A stretch of DNA of 62,253 bases, filler included, from Asterionella formosa (lineage: Eukaryota), in the NCBI GenBank assembly GCA_002256025.1. It is 16 parts of 16 records of this genome, joined end to end, with 100 filler letters (N's around TTAATTAATTAA, not from the genome) between each part and the next. Parts side by side here need not be neighbours in the genome. Positions count along the whole stretch, not along the records: positions 37,557 to 39,526 come from NKIB01000741.1; positions 39,627 to 41,595 come from NKIB01000742.1; positions 41,696 to 43,663 come from NKIB01000743.1; positions 43,764 to 45,731 come from NKIB01000744.1; positions 45,832 to 47,798 come from NKIB01000745.1; positions 47,899 to 49,865 come from NKIB01000746.1; 10 more parts are not named here. One strand, given 5' to 3'. A model generated the notes under the pieces. The model saw only the letters and a list, made by a program, of their open reading frames with translations. It searched no databases and was not told the DNA's origin. Within the stretch, counting starts at the first letter, position 1. Every line of letters begins with the position of its first letter. Positions 37,557-49,816 of this stretch are shown piece after piece. The translations under genes and the position numbers were made by a program.

Positions 37557-39526
37557 TGGTGACCCATAATGTGCACCTCATTATCAGGGCATTTCATGAA
37601 AGTCCAGGTCTTCTCAACAGTTGTAACACTGCCATCCTTATTGGTGATAATCACATTTCCCACACTGGTGCCAGTACTGCCATCCAAATACATGGCTGCA
37701 TTCTTATGTTCTACCTTTGTCCAGCCCTTAATTGCGAAGCCAGAATCATTTGGATAGGCTGGGTCACCTCCAACAAAATAGGCAATGGCCCCCTCTCGGG
37801 TGGTACGGAAACTTTGATCACCAGTGGCAAGAGTGGGCTTGAACAGCACTGGTCCAAATTTGTAGCCATAGGCCGTATCAACAACCTTTGTGGCAAGCTC
37901 CTTTGCTGCTTCAAACCCCTTCTTATCAAACATGGTGGAGATGGCAACAAGAGCATCACCCCACTTCTTCTGCATGTCAAGCACCTCTGCCTCTGTGATG
38001 ATGGGCTTTGCAGGTGTGAATGGTACAGATGAGTGATGGCCCATAATGTGAACCTTGCCATCTGCACACTTCTGAAATGTCCAAGTCTTCTCTACAGTAG
38101 TGACACTCCCATCCTTGTTGGTAATCTTCACAAGTCCAACACTAGTGCCAGTGCTTCCATCCATGTATATGGCAGCATTCTCCATCTCAACCTTTTTCCA
38201 TCCCTTGATGGCGAAGCCAGAGTCTTTGGGGTATTCAGGATTACCTCCAACAAAGTAGGAAATGGCTCCATCACGTGTGGTGCGGAATGTTTGGTCACCA
38301 CTTGCAAGTGTTGGCTTGAACAGGACTGGTCCATACTGGTATCCATAAGCTGTATCTACAACAGTTGTGGCAAGCTCCTTGGCAGCATCAAATCCCTCTG
38401 CCTCATATACATCAGAGATGGCAACAAGAGCATCACCCCACTTCTTCTGCATGTCAAGCACTTCTGCCTCTGTGATGATGGGCTTTGCAGGTGTGAATGG
38501 GAGGGATGAGTGATGACCCATGATGTGGACCTTGCCATCTGGGCACTTCATGAAAGTCCATGTCTTCTCAACAGTAGTTACACTGCCATCTTTGTTGGTG
38601 ATGATGACATTACCCACACTGGTTCCAGTACTGCCATCCAAGTATATGGCTGCATTCTTGTGCTCAACATTAGTCCAGCCCTTGATTGCAAAACCAGTAT
38701 CATCAGGATAATCAGGACTGCTTCCAACAAAGTATGCAATCGCACCTTCACGAGTGGTACGGAAACTTTGGTCACCACTTGCAAGAGTAGGCTTGAACAA
38801 GACAGGTCCAAATTTATAACCATATGCTGTATCAACCACCTTTGTTGCAAGCTCCTTAGCAGCTTCAAATCCATTGGCCTCAAATGTCTCAGAGATGGCA
38901 ACAAGAGCATCACCCCAAGTTTCTTGCATATCAAGTACTTCTTGCTCTGTGATGATAGGCTTTGCAGGTGTGAATGGGATGGACGAGTGGTGTCCCATTA
39001 TGTGTACCTTGCCATCTGGACATTTCATGAAAGTCCATGTCTTCTCAACAGTGGTGACACTGCCATCCTTGTTGGTAATGATCACATTTCCAACACTGGT
39101 TCCAGTACTGCCATCCAAGTAGATGGCAGCATTCTTGTGTTCAACATTAGTCCAGCCCTTGATTGCAAAGCCAGAATCATTAGGATAAGCTGGGTCACTT
39201 CCAACAAAGTATGCAATTGCACCTTCACGAGTGGTACGGAAACTTTGGTCACCACTAGCAAGTGTAGGCTTGAACAACACAGGTCCAAACTTGTAACCAT
39301 ATGCACTGTCCACAACTGCTGTTGCTAGCTCCTTAGCAGCATCAAAGCCTTCCTTCTCAAATGTCTCAGAGATGGAAACAAGAGCCTTACCCCAAGTCTC
39401 TTGCATGTCAAGTACTTCCTGTTCAGTAATAACGGCCTTGGCAGGAACGTATGGGAGGGATGAATGATGTCCAGTGAAAACCACTTTTCCATCCTTAGCC
39501 TTGAGAAAAGTCCAGGTCTTTTCAAC
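37557..39526 (-). CDS. Multi-domain COG4337-type (iota-class, NTF2/SnoaL-like fold) carbonic anhydrase; four 159-aa repeats plus the tail of a fifth, truncated by contig ends
   Basis: Exact 477-nt period (HH motif codons at 37557, 38034, 38511, 38988, 39465). Each unit has ITE.EV..Q..WG.AL, VLFKPTLA, FR.T.EGA..YFVG, D.GFA.KGW, VEKTW.F and HHSS.P. Confidence 0.85.
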
Positions 39527-39626
39527 NNNNNNNNNNNNNNNNNNNNNNNNNNNNNNNNNNNNNNNNNNNNTTAATTAATTAANNNNNNNNNNNNNNNNNN
39601 NNNNNNNNNNNNNNNNNNNNNNNNNN

Positions 39627-39948
39627 CTTTTTGGTGCGAATTTACCCACGGATAATGTTTCATTTACTACAACCCTGGATCGATTGCGGATCAAGAGCAT
39701 GTGAAACATGCATGACACCACTTGGTACTGCCAAGCAGTTTGAGAAACACTACATCATTGAAGGGCCTCCATCAGTCACTTTCAAGACTCATCGACATGA
39801 CCAGGCAGTGCTAACTCTTTTGCTGTATGATTGGAAGTATAATCACCGTGGAAGAGTATCCCTTGAAGATGAAAGCGAAAAATACATAGCAATTCAGGAA
39901 TTGAAGAGCGGTGATGAGATTGTGCCATTAGAATTGAATAGTACGTGA
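39627..39948 (+). CDS. 3' end of a gene with an HRHDQ motif (DUF1647/glycosyltransferase-like)
   Basis: LLQPWIDC....CMTP.G...HRHDQAVLTLLL. The 5' part is cut off by the contig edge. Confidence 0.5.
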
Positions 39949-40471
39949 TGAGGACCTATAGATTTAAACAGTTGTTCATGGTCTCATTGCACATAAGTCT
40001 TTATTGTCACTGATATGGTTATAGCAACAACCACATCACAATGCATGGCCCTGTTACAATGTGATGGTTTATTAATGATAATGAGGTCTTCCAGGTGTAA
40101 TGGCGCTATCTACCACACCCTATAACTGGGACAAACAAATGATAGGAAAGTTAAAGGTGATGCTCATCTAAAAGGAGAATGCGGAAAAAGTCGTTATTTT
40201 TATGTCATCTAACGATGACATTGTCTTTGACCTTTTTGCATAAATTGCACAAGGGGTTGGTGCGAATCCCTGAACTTGTGGCAGCATCTCCACAAAAACA
40301 TGAATATGCACTTGTCAATGTACCGCTAGCTGTGTGGTAGTGATTGTATTTTGTGGCAGCTTCACCGATTGCTTGATAATTTAGTGGAGCAACTGTAAAA
40401 TTATAGTGTATGCAGAGGTGATGACTGCCACCGTGTTACAAATATTAGGTAATCCTACCCGCAATAGCTGA

Positions 40472-41594
40472 TCATGGTGAGGTTTCCTTCTTTTCTGGTG
40501 GTTTGCCATTCGCCATGATCCAAAATGGCAATTTCCAATCTGGAATGAGCGATATTGGTACTTTGGATCGCATCGCTTCATCCATACCATATGCTGGCAA
40601 CAAGAATCGAAGTGATCGAATGCTGGGTGGGGTTCTTCCATTCGTGTCAGTAAACTTGTACGCCTGTGCCAGTTCAGCCACCACTTGGGTTGTTCCCGAT
40701 TTGTTCATGTTTTTTGTGTCCGTTGCTACAGCAACAATCGCACGTCCTGTGAATTCCGGAGATTCAGAATTTTCTAAGGGGATGCCCACTTTGGACTGCC
40801 ATTCTCCCGTTTTCACCATGCGCTCGGTTCGCTCTGTAAACACGACACCAGGCCAAAAGGAAGTCACGGCAATGTCATCAGCACAAAGTTCTATTGCCAT
40901 ATCCTTAGCCATTCGATCAATGGCAGCCTTTCCAACTCCATAGGGCACATTGAATGTATAGGTGAGGCCACCAAAGGATGAAACCATGGCAATAAACGGT
41001 CGCGGTAACTTGGTGGTGGATCTAGATTTGAGAAGCAGAGGAATGGCAAAAACAGAAGCTACATATTGAGCTCTGACTCCAACGTCAAATAATGTATCCC
41101 ACGTATCCATTGGGAGTTCGTAGAACTTCCCAAAAAGCCCGTTGGCCCCTCCGGGAGGGACACGAAAGACGTTGTTGACTAGTAAATCCAATCGTCCATG
41201 TGTCGTTTCAATTTGATCGAACAGCGCCTTGACTTGACGATCATCGGCATGATTGCACAACACGGGAATACCCACACCACCAGCTGCTGTGACAGCTTGA
41301 GCGGTGTCTTCAATCGTTCCTGGACCCCCAACATTGTCATTAGTCGAATACTGTTGAGCATTCAACGTAGGAGTTGCAGCCCTTGAAGACGTTCCAGTGA
41401 CGTAGACAGTCGCACCTTCCTTGGCCAAGGCCATGGCGATGCCCTTGCCGATGCCTCGCGACGCTCCAGTGACGAGACATACCACATCCACCAGGCGGCG
41501 GCCTGTCTCGCCTGGAAGCTCAGCAGAACTGGTGAGTGCTGCAAGGCTCCATGCGAAGGAAGGTGGGCTGGTCCGCTGCTGCGCTGAAAACGGT
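40472..41594 (-). CDS. Short-chain dehydrogenase/reductase, DHRS1-like (5' end cut by contig edge)
   Basis: VTGASRGIG, GRLDLLVNN, SSFGG, YGVGKAAIDRM (YxxxK) and ESPEFTGRAIVA. The frame stays open upstream into a Ser/Ala-rich leader. Confidence 0.92.
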
Positions 41595-41719
41595 TNNNNN
41601 NNNNNNNNNNNNNNNNNNNNNNNNNNNNNNNNNNNNNNNTTAATTAATTAANNNNNNNNNNNNNNNNNNNNNNNNNNNNNNNNNNNNNNNNNNNNGTTTC
41701 CGAAGTGTTCTGCTCCATG

Positions 41720-42330
41720 TTGGGTCACAAGGAAGATGCAGTGGTGCAAATGCTGGGATGATGATCTTCTTAACAAAATAATTGCCATTGGGCAAATTCA
41801 CGAACACAAAGTTGCCATTAAAATCAGTAACAGTAGCATATAGTAGTAGAATAGGGCCATTACCACTTGGACCCTATAGAGTAACAGTCACACCCACCAA
41901 GTTAGTATCTTCACTATCATTGTTGTTGTTATCTTCCTTGACACTTCTGGAAATTGATCCAAGCAACAAAAAGTACCTGGAGGTGCAGCCACCCGCACTT
42001 GGAGCACTGATGGGATGCTGGTCATCGAAACGAATGTTCAAAACATTTTCAGCACTTGTATTTACAGAAATTGTGCTGCTGCCAAAATTGACGAATCCAA
42101 GAGTTGTCTGTTTGACAAATCTGTACCGGTACATGCCTGGAGAAGCATTCAACATGAAGTTACCATTGCAGTCAGTCATGGTTGGCATGACAACTGTACC
42201 ATTGGGATCTTTCAGGTGTACAGTAGCGCTACCAATCTCAACATCGCTGCCGTAGTCGTTATTGGTATCTTCAAGCACCTGTTTACTGATCTTATGTGAA
42301 GGCTCATCACCAATAAAATCTCCAATCTGC
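41720..42330 (-). pseudogene. SdrD-B/Cna-B-like repeat adhesin fragment with stop codons
   Basis: Two units of GSI.G.V.ED.NN....D..L.G.TV.L.D..G......TD.NGNF.F..L..G.Y, with an in-frame stop at ~41874. Confidence 0.6.
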
Positions 42331-42437
42331 TACACTTGGCATGACCATGGTACCTGGTGCGCGGTACCAGGTACCAGGTACTCCGGTACCAGTACCAGTG
42401 TAAAATGCTACTGTATGCATTTACCGGGTAAGGCTGG

Positions 42438-43030
42438 GCGCATCCTGAATCATTAGGTAGTAGCTAAAATACCGTAACTACGAGTATAACAAATGTTTTT
42501 AGCTTGAGTAAAATTATTTACATAAACAACATACCATTACAAATGAATAAATTTTATGAATATACAGTTAAATAATTTCACCATCCGATCACGTTGTTGC
42601 GGTTGTGGTTGAGTTCATTCATGATGAACTTGAAATCGAAGTCAATTGCACAGCAATGGCTGTGAAAGCGTTGTAGCAGCTTAATTGTAACTCCAACAGG
42701 ACCGTATGTGATGAATTCCTGTACAGTTTCAACTCCAGATAGCCCACTGTCAAGCTCAAGAGCTTTTGCACGTGAATTTGTTGGTCATGTACTACCAGGC
42801 GTATTTTTGCCGTGCTCAACACAAACTAGGTCATATATGAACCTAATCGTATTCTCCCGCGCCGCTTGACGCGTTTACTGATAGCGCTTCTCATGACGGT
42901 TATGTTGATAAATCAAGCGGCGCGGGAGGTTGTAACATTGTTGAGTAAATCAACAGAATAATACCGACATGGTCAATGTGATTTTAATATTGGTTTTTAG
43001 GCGCAAAATATTATTTACAGTAGTTTCAGG
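42438..43030. repeat. Dispersed non-coding repeat, inverted copy at ~50400-51400 (which continues into homology with 61640-61925)
   Basis: Reverse-complement matches: 42950-43012 vs 50400-50465, 42610-42940 vs 50905-51240, and 51440-51720 vs 61640-61925. Confidence 0.8.
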
Positions 43031-43284
43031 GTTTTTGCCAATACTTGCCCTCTATGTACACATACCTCGTGGCAACAAAAATTGCACATGCCCGGCCAGC
43101 CATACACACAGATCAACAGGTACTCCGTACAGACCAAATATACCGTATATACCTGCATATATGATAGTTAGTAACACCACTACCGGCCTTTCAAATGATC
43201 CTAACTATTACCGGTAGGGTAACTGGTACGTTAAATCCAGAACGAAGGATGTGCGGTTTTTCACTTTGGCCAGAAAAACTAATC

Positions 43285-43663
43285 TTGGAGAATTCAGGAA
43301 ATTCCAGGAATTTCCTGAAGTTTCCTTACGCATTTCCTTACGTTTCCTGAAATTCATAGGAATTTCCTGAAAGTCATAATGTTTTCCTGAAATTCATAGT
43401 CATATGTTTTGTATTCTCGTTTTTGCAATTAGAAGGATTCCGCTATTTATATCGCTGAATCGTGCTATGAATTGAAGATGTCCTTTAGTATTACTTGTAA
43501 AAATCAACCCAGGTTGTATTTTTCTGTACTAGGCCTCAAGTATCGTTCTACTGCGGATGGTAAAATACCTTGACGGTATTTTTCCGTACTTGATCACGAG
43601 AAAATACAGTATTGTACAACAAAGAAAAAATCAACCCGGTTGCATTGACGGTTGATTTTGTAC
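43285..43663. repeat. Cluster of short direct/inverted motifs (TTTCCTGAAA/TTCAGGAAA; AAAATCAACC/GGTTGATTTT), possibly a transposon subterminal region
   Basis: Several TTTCCT(G/T)A motifs in 43290-43400. AAAATCAACCC occurs at ~43500 and ~43627, with an inverted copy at ~43650. Confidence 0.45.
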
Positions 43664-43763
43664 NNNNNNNNNNNNNNNNNNNNNNNNNNNNNNNNNNNNN
43701 NNNNNNNTTAATTAATTAANNNNNNNNNNNNNNNNNNNNNNNNNNNNNNNNNNNNNNNNNNNN

Positions 43764-45713
43764 CCAAGAGCCTCTGGTGCACCTGGTGGAATCAACTCAA
43801 CAGCATCAGGGTAGAATTCTTTCCAATCAGCACCGTCATACCAATCGACTGTAGTCCAATCCCTATATGCTGGATCAAATACAAGCCGTGACCTCAGATG
43901 CCCTTTCACATAACCAAATATGCGGAGCACTGCCTCCATGTGTCCCTCACGCGGAGCATTCCTAAATCTTGACATGAGCAACACCGAATGCATCAAATCA
44001 ATTCGCGCTAACTCAGTCGCCCATTGTAGGATTCCAATATAACTAGCGTACAAGGATACATCATCCTCACTCAAAAGGGGGCTGACATCAATCTCAGGAT
44101 GGTATCCAGCTGGTAGGGGTGAGGACGCCTTACGGCATAACTTTTCATCCCAAGCTTCCTCAATAGTCGGAATAGCCTTGGTGAGATAATCCTCTGCTGA
44201 CATTGACCATGCCAATGACCCATCACCAAATTGATACTGACCAACCATTGCGCCTAGATAGCGGCAAGGTGCGTTCCCTGGATCTTCAACAACCTTAAGT
44301 GTAAAATAACAAGCTAATTCTTTGACTAACTCATCAGCTGCCGCTGAAATGAGCATAACATCATCGACGTAGACCAATGCATATTCATAGTATGCTGAGC
44401 CATCCAGTTTTGTTGCTTTCCTCAACCACAGATCTGGATCAGCCTCACAAGCATAGAAATGCAAGTGATCACGTAACACAGAAGCCAGATGTGCCCGAAA
44501 GGCGGCACCAGCAGACTTCAGACCATAAAGAGCACGAACGATCTTCAGCACACGACCTTTCAGCGGGCCAAATTCGTCCCCTGCCACAACATAATAACGC
44601 TGTTAAATAAGCATTCCCAATGTCTGTCAGCCATAGATTTAATCCATTTAGACCGGCAACCAACAAGGCAATGCGAATTGTCTCCCTAGAAACGACACTT
44701 GAATATGTGATTGCCTTTGGGGGGTCAGTCCTATGACCTCCTGCCACATACCTAGCCTTGCGCGTGAAGTCCATCTTGACATCCCAGACTATATGTCCCG
44801 GAATCTTCTTGTACCCAGGAACGTGGGTTGCCTTTTCTGGCTGAACTTCAAAAGCTATCATCACTGCAGACATCTCCTTGCGGAGAGCATCCATCCAAAG
44901 TGTATTACCATTTTCATGGTCCAACCTTGCTGCATCGGGAATGCTACTTGGCATTTGAACCCCAAATTTAAAACCAGCTCGGTGGTGTCTACTCTGTGTT
45001 GCCCTGATGATTCGTTTCTTGCGTCTTAAAACCATTGGAACCCACCAATCAAAAGCAGGCTCGGTTTCGATTTGGTTCGCTTTGGCATATTCGGCAACTT
45101 CAATTGGATTTGTTTGCTTCAAAGTCTTTAATGGGAGCCAGGATGTAGATCCGTCCCTCCATTCGACTTCTAGATCCCAACCAGTTGTTGTCTTCTTCTT
45201 ATAATGTTTACCGTTTCTCTGGAAGTATTGATCACTCTTCTCCACAGCCTTCCTTGAATCACGGCGATGGTCCACAATTTCTTTGAAGAGTTGGTACTGT
45301 CTACCCTCCTCGTCTACCTGACTGAGGAGATGCTCTGCCAATATATTGTATGCGATTTGCTGTCGCTCACCATCTAAGAATTCGACCTCATAAACCCTGG
45401 AATCTAACCTTGGAAACCTGTGCTTTCGCCCAACCAGGTTCCCGTTTGCATCCCGCTTTTGTTTAATGACCACTGCAATCATATCGCCCTCCTTGTGTGG
45501 AAGTACGACCTGAGCCTTAATCAGTGGATCGAAACTTGGACCATTAGGATCTTCTTCCAGATCTTCATCTGTAGGGAGAATGCCATCAGGGGTAGCCTCG
45601 AAGATCTCTTCTTCAGGCTCATCTACCTCAGACTGGAGGATAGCGTCATTATCATGGACCCCAACATGCTCCTTTATCCTAGTCTCAAATTCTTTCATTT
45701 CATCTCTCAGCAT
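43764..45713 (-). mobile_element. Ty1/copia CoDi-like retrotransposon pol: chromo-like spacer plus reverse transcriptase, frameshift near 44595
   Basis: KTTTGWDLEVEWRDGSTSW.PL..LK..NP.EVAEYA, DVKMDFTRKARYVAGGH, TDIGNAYL, ALYGLKSAGAAF, YVDD and YASYIGILQW motifs. Confidence 0.95.
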
Positions 45714-46894
45714 TGGATACTTTAAATAATCNNNNNNNNNNNNNNNNNNNNNNNNNNNNNNNNNNNNNNNNNNNNTTAATTAATTAANNNNNNNNNNNNN
45801 NNNNNNNNNNNNNNNNNNNNNNNNNNNNNNNGCAAATGATAAACCAGTAATCTACTCGTATTCGTACTTGCGTACATCATACGATTGGTACCTGGTAACA
45901 ATGCATAGGGTCGTGTCATCACACAAGAATGATGTCAACATGTGACGATACGTACATATGATCTACGATCACATGTAAATGATGATAGCGGCGCGCCGGT
46001 ATCAAATGTAGTGTTATAGGGGAGTTCTTATCATTCAGCATTTTTCGCACAATGGGTTTTCATTTCCGGGTTTCGAGCAAAAAATGACAGTTGGTATCAA
46101 TTTTGGGTAACAGAACTACCTGGTATTGCTATCAGCAATGGCTACCCTAGTGGTATCAATGCAGCCATTCATACCAAATTGATACCTTTTTGACCACCTC
46201 CAAAAACAGTATCAGTGATACTGGCTAATTCAGATGTGTATTATTTCTATTGTCACTGATAGAATAACCGAAAATAAGCCTGCAGGGCACTAATTTTAAT
46301 GACATGCAAACATGTGTGTGCATCAATACAACAAATATCCGGCTTGATTCTAGACAACCTGCCACTGCCTTTGATCAGCCGTCATTATATTCAAAGTAGT
46401 AATGTTGTAGTATCAACCAGCAGAGCAGGTATATGGAAGAAATGAAAGCAAGGCAAATGGAACCAATCAGAGAAACAACGATTATTGATGCTGTGACCCC
46501 CAGCCATCTCAAGAAACCCGGCTCTCCCAACAAAACAATTCGCTTGTTACAGATGCTGAAGTCGATCAATTTTTTGGCTCCCTCATAATTCCTAATGACT
46601 TTGCTGAGCTTGATATTGATAGGAGACACCTGATTCTCATTAAGGGCATTGCAATGAAGCAGATTTCTGTTAAGCTTCTGCGGAAAAATTGCGTCAGATA
46701 CAAAGGTTCTGGATACAAAAATGCGAAGAAAGCGTTCACTGTTGGTTTGATTGTTCGACTTTTGAGTGAAAATGAAAGCAAAGACAATGACGACAAGAAT
46801 GAAAAAGAACAACAGCCAACAGCAGCAGAGGAACAACCATTGGTCATTGTATGCAACTATGATGATGATGATGATAATGACTGTACCGGATGAA

Positions 46895-47340
46895 AAAAAA
46901 ATTCGACACTCTTTTAAATCCTTGTTGGAACTCCTCTACTACTGTGATTTCGGATGAAATTGTGTCCTGTCCAGGTTCACCTTTCGCATACTTCATTTCG
47001 CAGATGCAAGCCTTGACTCCCTCGTCTGGTACATTGAAATGTTGTAAGTCTATAGATCCATTCAGTATGGACTCAGAAAAATTGTTTTGCTGAAATGGCG
47101 GCAATTTGTCCCCAAATATTCCTTCAACAAGAAGTGTGTTTTTGGATTGTGAGAAATGTTGCTTATTTCTCTGTATTTCGGATGGCTTGGTGATGGATCG
47201 AAACTCGAAGACCTCCGCCCCCTGATCATCATACACTGGAACTCTGATTCTATTCAATCCAGAAGAGATTTCTTCTTGTTTGGCATATTTACGCAATCGT
47301 GGCCACAATCGATCTCCTAGCATTTTCTGAAAATGAATAT
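46895..47340 (-). mobile_element. Fragment of a non-LTR retrotransposon ORF (region just upstream of RT)
   Basis: QRNKQHFSQSKNT, SILNGSIDL and ISSEITV.EEFQQGFKR resemble the pre-RT region of diatom LINE-like elements. Truncated. Confidence 0.55.
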
Positions 47341-49302
47341 TGGGACCGATTTGGAATTGATGATGATTATGCATGTAAGTTGTTTATGCATTCATCATCA
47401 TGGTCATCATTAAAAATGGAATCATCTTCTTCACTCAGATATTGATGGTCCTCTTCATTGTTGAGCAGTGACGACATGATTGATTGATGTATATTTATAA
47501 TTTATTGTGCAGACCAAACTACTAGTACATGTAGTCTATCTATTATATTAAGTACATTTACGTAGATTTCCTACATATTTTCAGTACTAGTTACTTATCA
47601 AAATAGTCCGGAGGAAAACATATGTTTGTAGCCAGCCTGTACCCATTGAAATTTCGTGATACTTTTTGGGAGGTACAAATTTGGTTTTTTCTATGTGGAG
47701 AATGAATATTTTCAGTTTAAATCAACTAGCTGTTGCATGATACCTTTTCAAATATTATGATACCCTATCCAAAATGATAATAATGCCCCCTAAGCCATNN
47801 NNNNNNNNNNNNNNNNNNNNNNNNNNNNNNNNNNNNNNNNNNTTAATTAATTAANNNNNNNNNNNNNNNNNNNNNNNNNNNNNNNNNNNNNNNNNNNNAA
47901 TGTACTACTAGCCAGTGGTAGGCAACCCGTTCATAATCATTCAATTAAGAGTTTACAGGAGAGAAGAAACCATTCGAACTCGTAATGTTTCCGCACACAG
48001 CGCACAAAGTATATCCGTTTCGTCCACTTCAGCATGACAATCTTGCCAATCAACCCGTAAACAAACACATTCTACTTGTTCTCGTTGAAATTTTCAATTC
48101 TCACATGAAACTACATCTACTATTGAGATTCAGCATAGAAGGAGATACGAAAATGTGCGTAACAGACTACTGTCCACATAGCTATAGTTATAGAATGATT
48201 CTGATTAGAATGCATTTCATTTTCATATCGCTCGCTCGTTTCTGCATTTGGCATACTGTACTTGAATTAACTATTGAACTTGTCCGCATCTTTGATACCA
48301 TCAAGCAAGAGAGCGAAAGCAAGTGGCTCTTTTCAGTGTTGTTTGCTCGTAGGAAGAATTTGATATCTGTATCGTCATTTGCTTGTTGGAATTGTCCGTT
48401 GCCTCAAACTTGCTTGCCATGTGCGTGCACACACTGTCGACTGGTTTTCAATGGTATGTTGTTCTTGTATTCACTGTTGAACTTGTCTGCATCTTTGTTA
48501 CCTTCAATAGAGCGACGCAGACGAAATGGGTCTCTTCATTGTTGTTTGCTCCTGGAAAAGTCTGTGTCCGTGTCTGTGTCATCCTCATCAAAAGAGAGAC
48601 AAGTTGCTTCTTTCGTTGGAAAAATTGGTACCGTATCATCATTCACTCCTTCGAACCACTGTCCGTTGCCTCAAACCTGATTAGCGTCCGAGTAACGGTA
48701 TGTGCACTGTTGACTTTAGTACATTACAGGCGGAGTGACTTGTTAGCTACTAAATTGCGTGATATAATAATATACCCTGTAGCACGTTGCAGAATACATT
48801 TGCTTCCCAATCATCTCATCATGATTGATAAGATGATACTGCGATATCATGATAGGGTTACATCGATGCATACATCACCAAAGTATGATACGTAATATTG
48901 AATAAAGCACATCACATAGCTATGATTCATTGATCATAAAATTATGATGATTTTATGAAATGTTTATGATATAATTTTGATCATGTTAAAATAATACAAT
49001 GACCATAAAATACGATAAAATATGTACGCAAGTGTTACCAAGACATCATAGAATATAAATCAAGCAATCATAAAGTATGTTAATTATTATATATGTTTGT
49101 CGTTTAATGTATACACTTAAAGTCAACACTTAATATGATAGTATTATACAGTGGATAGGATCTAAGTATACAGATGCATTGATATGTACATCACTATAAT
49201 ATGATTTGTGACATGGATTGATGCATATCACATACCGGTATCCTCAACAACCAGCCATCACGTTCATTGTTGTGTCGTCTTTCCTTGTTTTAGCTATATA
49301 TA

Positions 49303-49511
49303 TGCTCAGATCCGTTCTTCCATTGCAAATCTTCCTTCAATAGGTAAAATTCGTCATCCTTGAGCATTTGCCTTCCAGCTGCATCATAGGACTGAAGCGC
49401 GTCCAGAAAGATACGCTCCTTTTCGGCTACTGTGAGACGAATGAGTTCCCCACTTTCCGGATCGACAACACAGTATTCCTTGTCAGGACTAGTTTCGTTT
49501 TTGCTTGATTC
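49303..49511 (-). pseudogene. PGRL1-like exon fragment
   Basis: After a TTTCCCCATAG acceptor the minus strand reads ESSKNETSPDKEYCVVDPESGELIRLTVAEKERIFLDALQSYDAAGRQMLKDDEFYLLKEDLQWKNGSEH. This matches the PGRL1 pattern YC..D...E.E..FL.ALQS.Y..G.....EF..LKE.L.W.GS, followed by a stop. Confidence 0.7.
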
Positions 49512-49589
49512 CTATGGGGAAAGATGGAAGTAAGAATTTTTATTTACTCATAAATAGTTACTAACAAAATGGTGTCGTTTCTTTTGCTC

Positions 49590-49816
49590 CATCGACCGAG
49601 TCGGACAGAAGTGTCATGTTTATGACAAGTCTCTTCGTTCCAACCACTCCTCATATTCGAAACCCGTTTGATTCGTCGTTGTGGCAAGTTTTGTTTTGTT
49701 GCGCAGGAAGTCACAAATAGGCGGGAGACATCCATCAACCAAGTCGGACAGAAGTGTCAGGTCAGTTCTTGTCTCATCTCTTCGTTCCAACTCCTTTTAT
49801 TCGAAACCATTTGATA
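49590..49816 (+). repeat. Two-copy direct repeat, offset ~142 bp
   Basis: CCATC.ACC.AGTCGGACAGAAGTGTCA...TCTCTTCGTTCCAAC...TATTCGAAACC..TTTGAT occurs twice. Confidence 0.75.

Noticed and set aside
37559..39328. Long plus-strand ORFs (157-272 aa) over the CA array
   Set aside because: Antisense shadows of the repeated coding sequence.
47985..48895. 231-aa and 170-aa ORFs
   Set aside because: They lie in a dispersed repeat whose paralog (29640-30060) does not keep the frame, and the composition is not protein-like.
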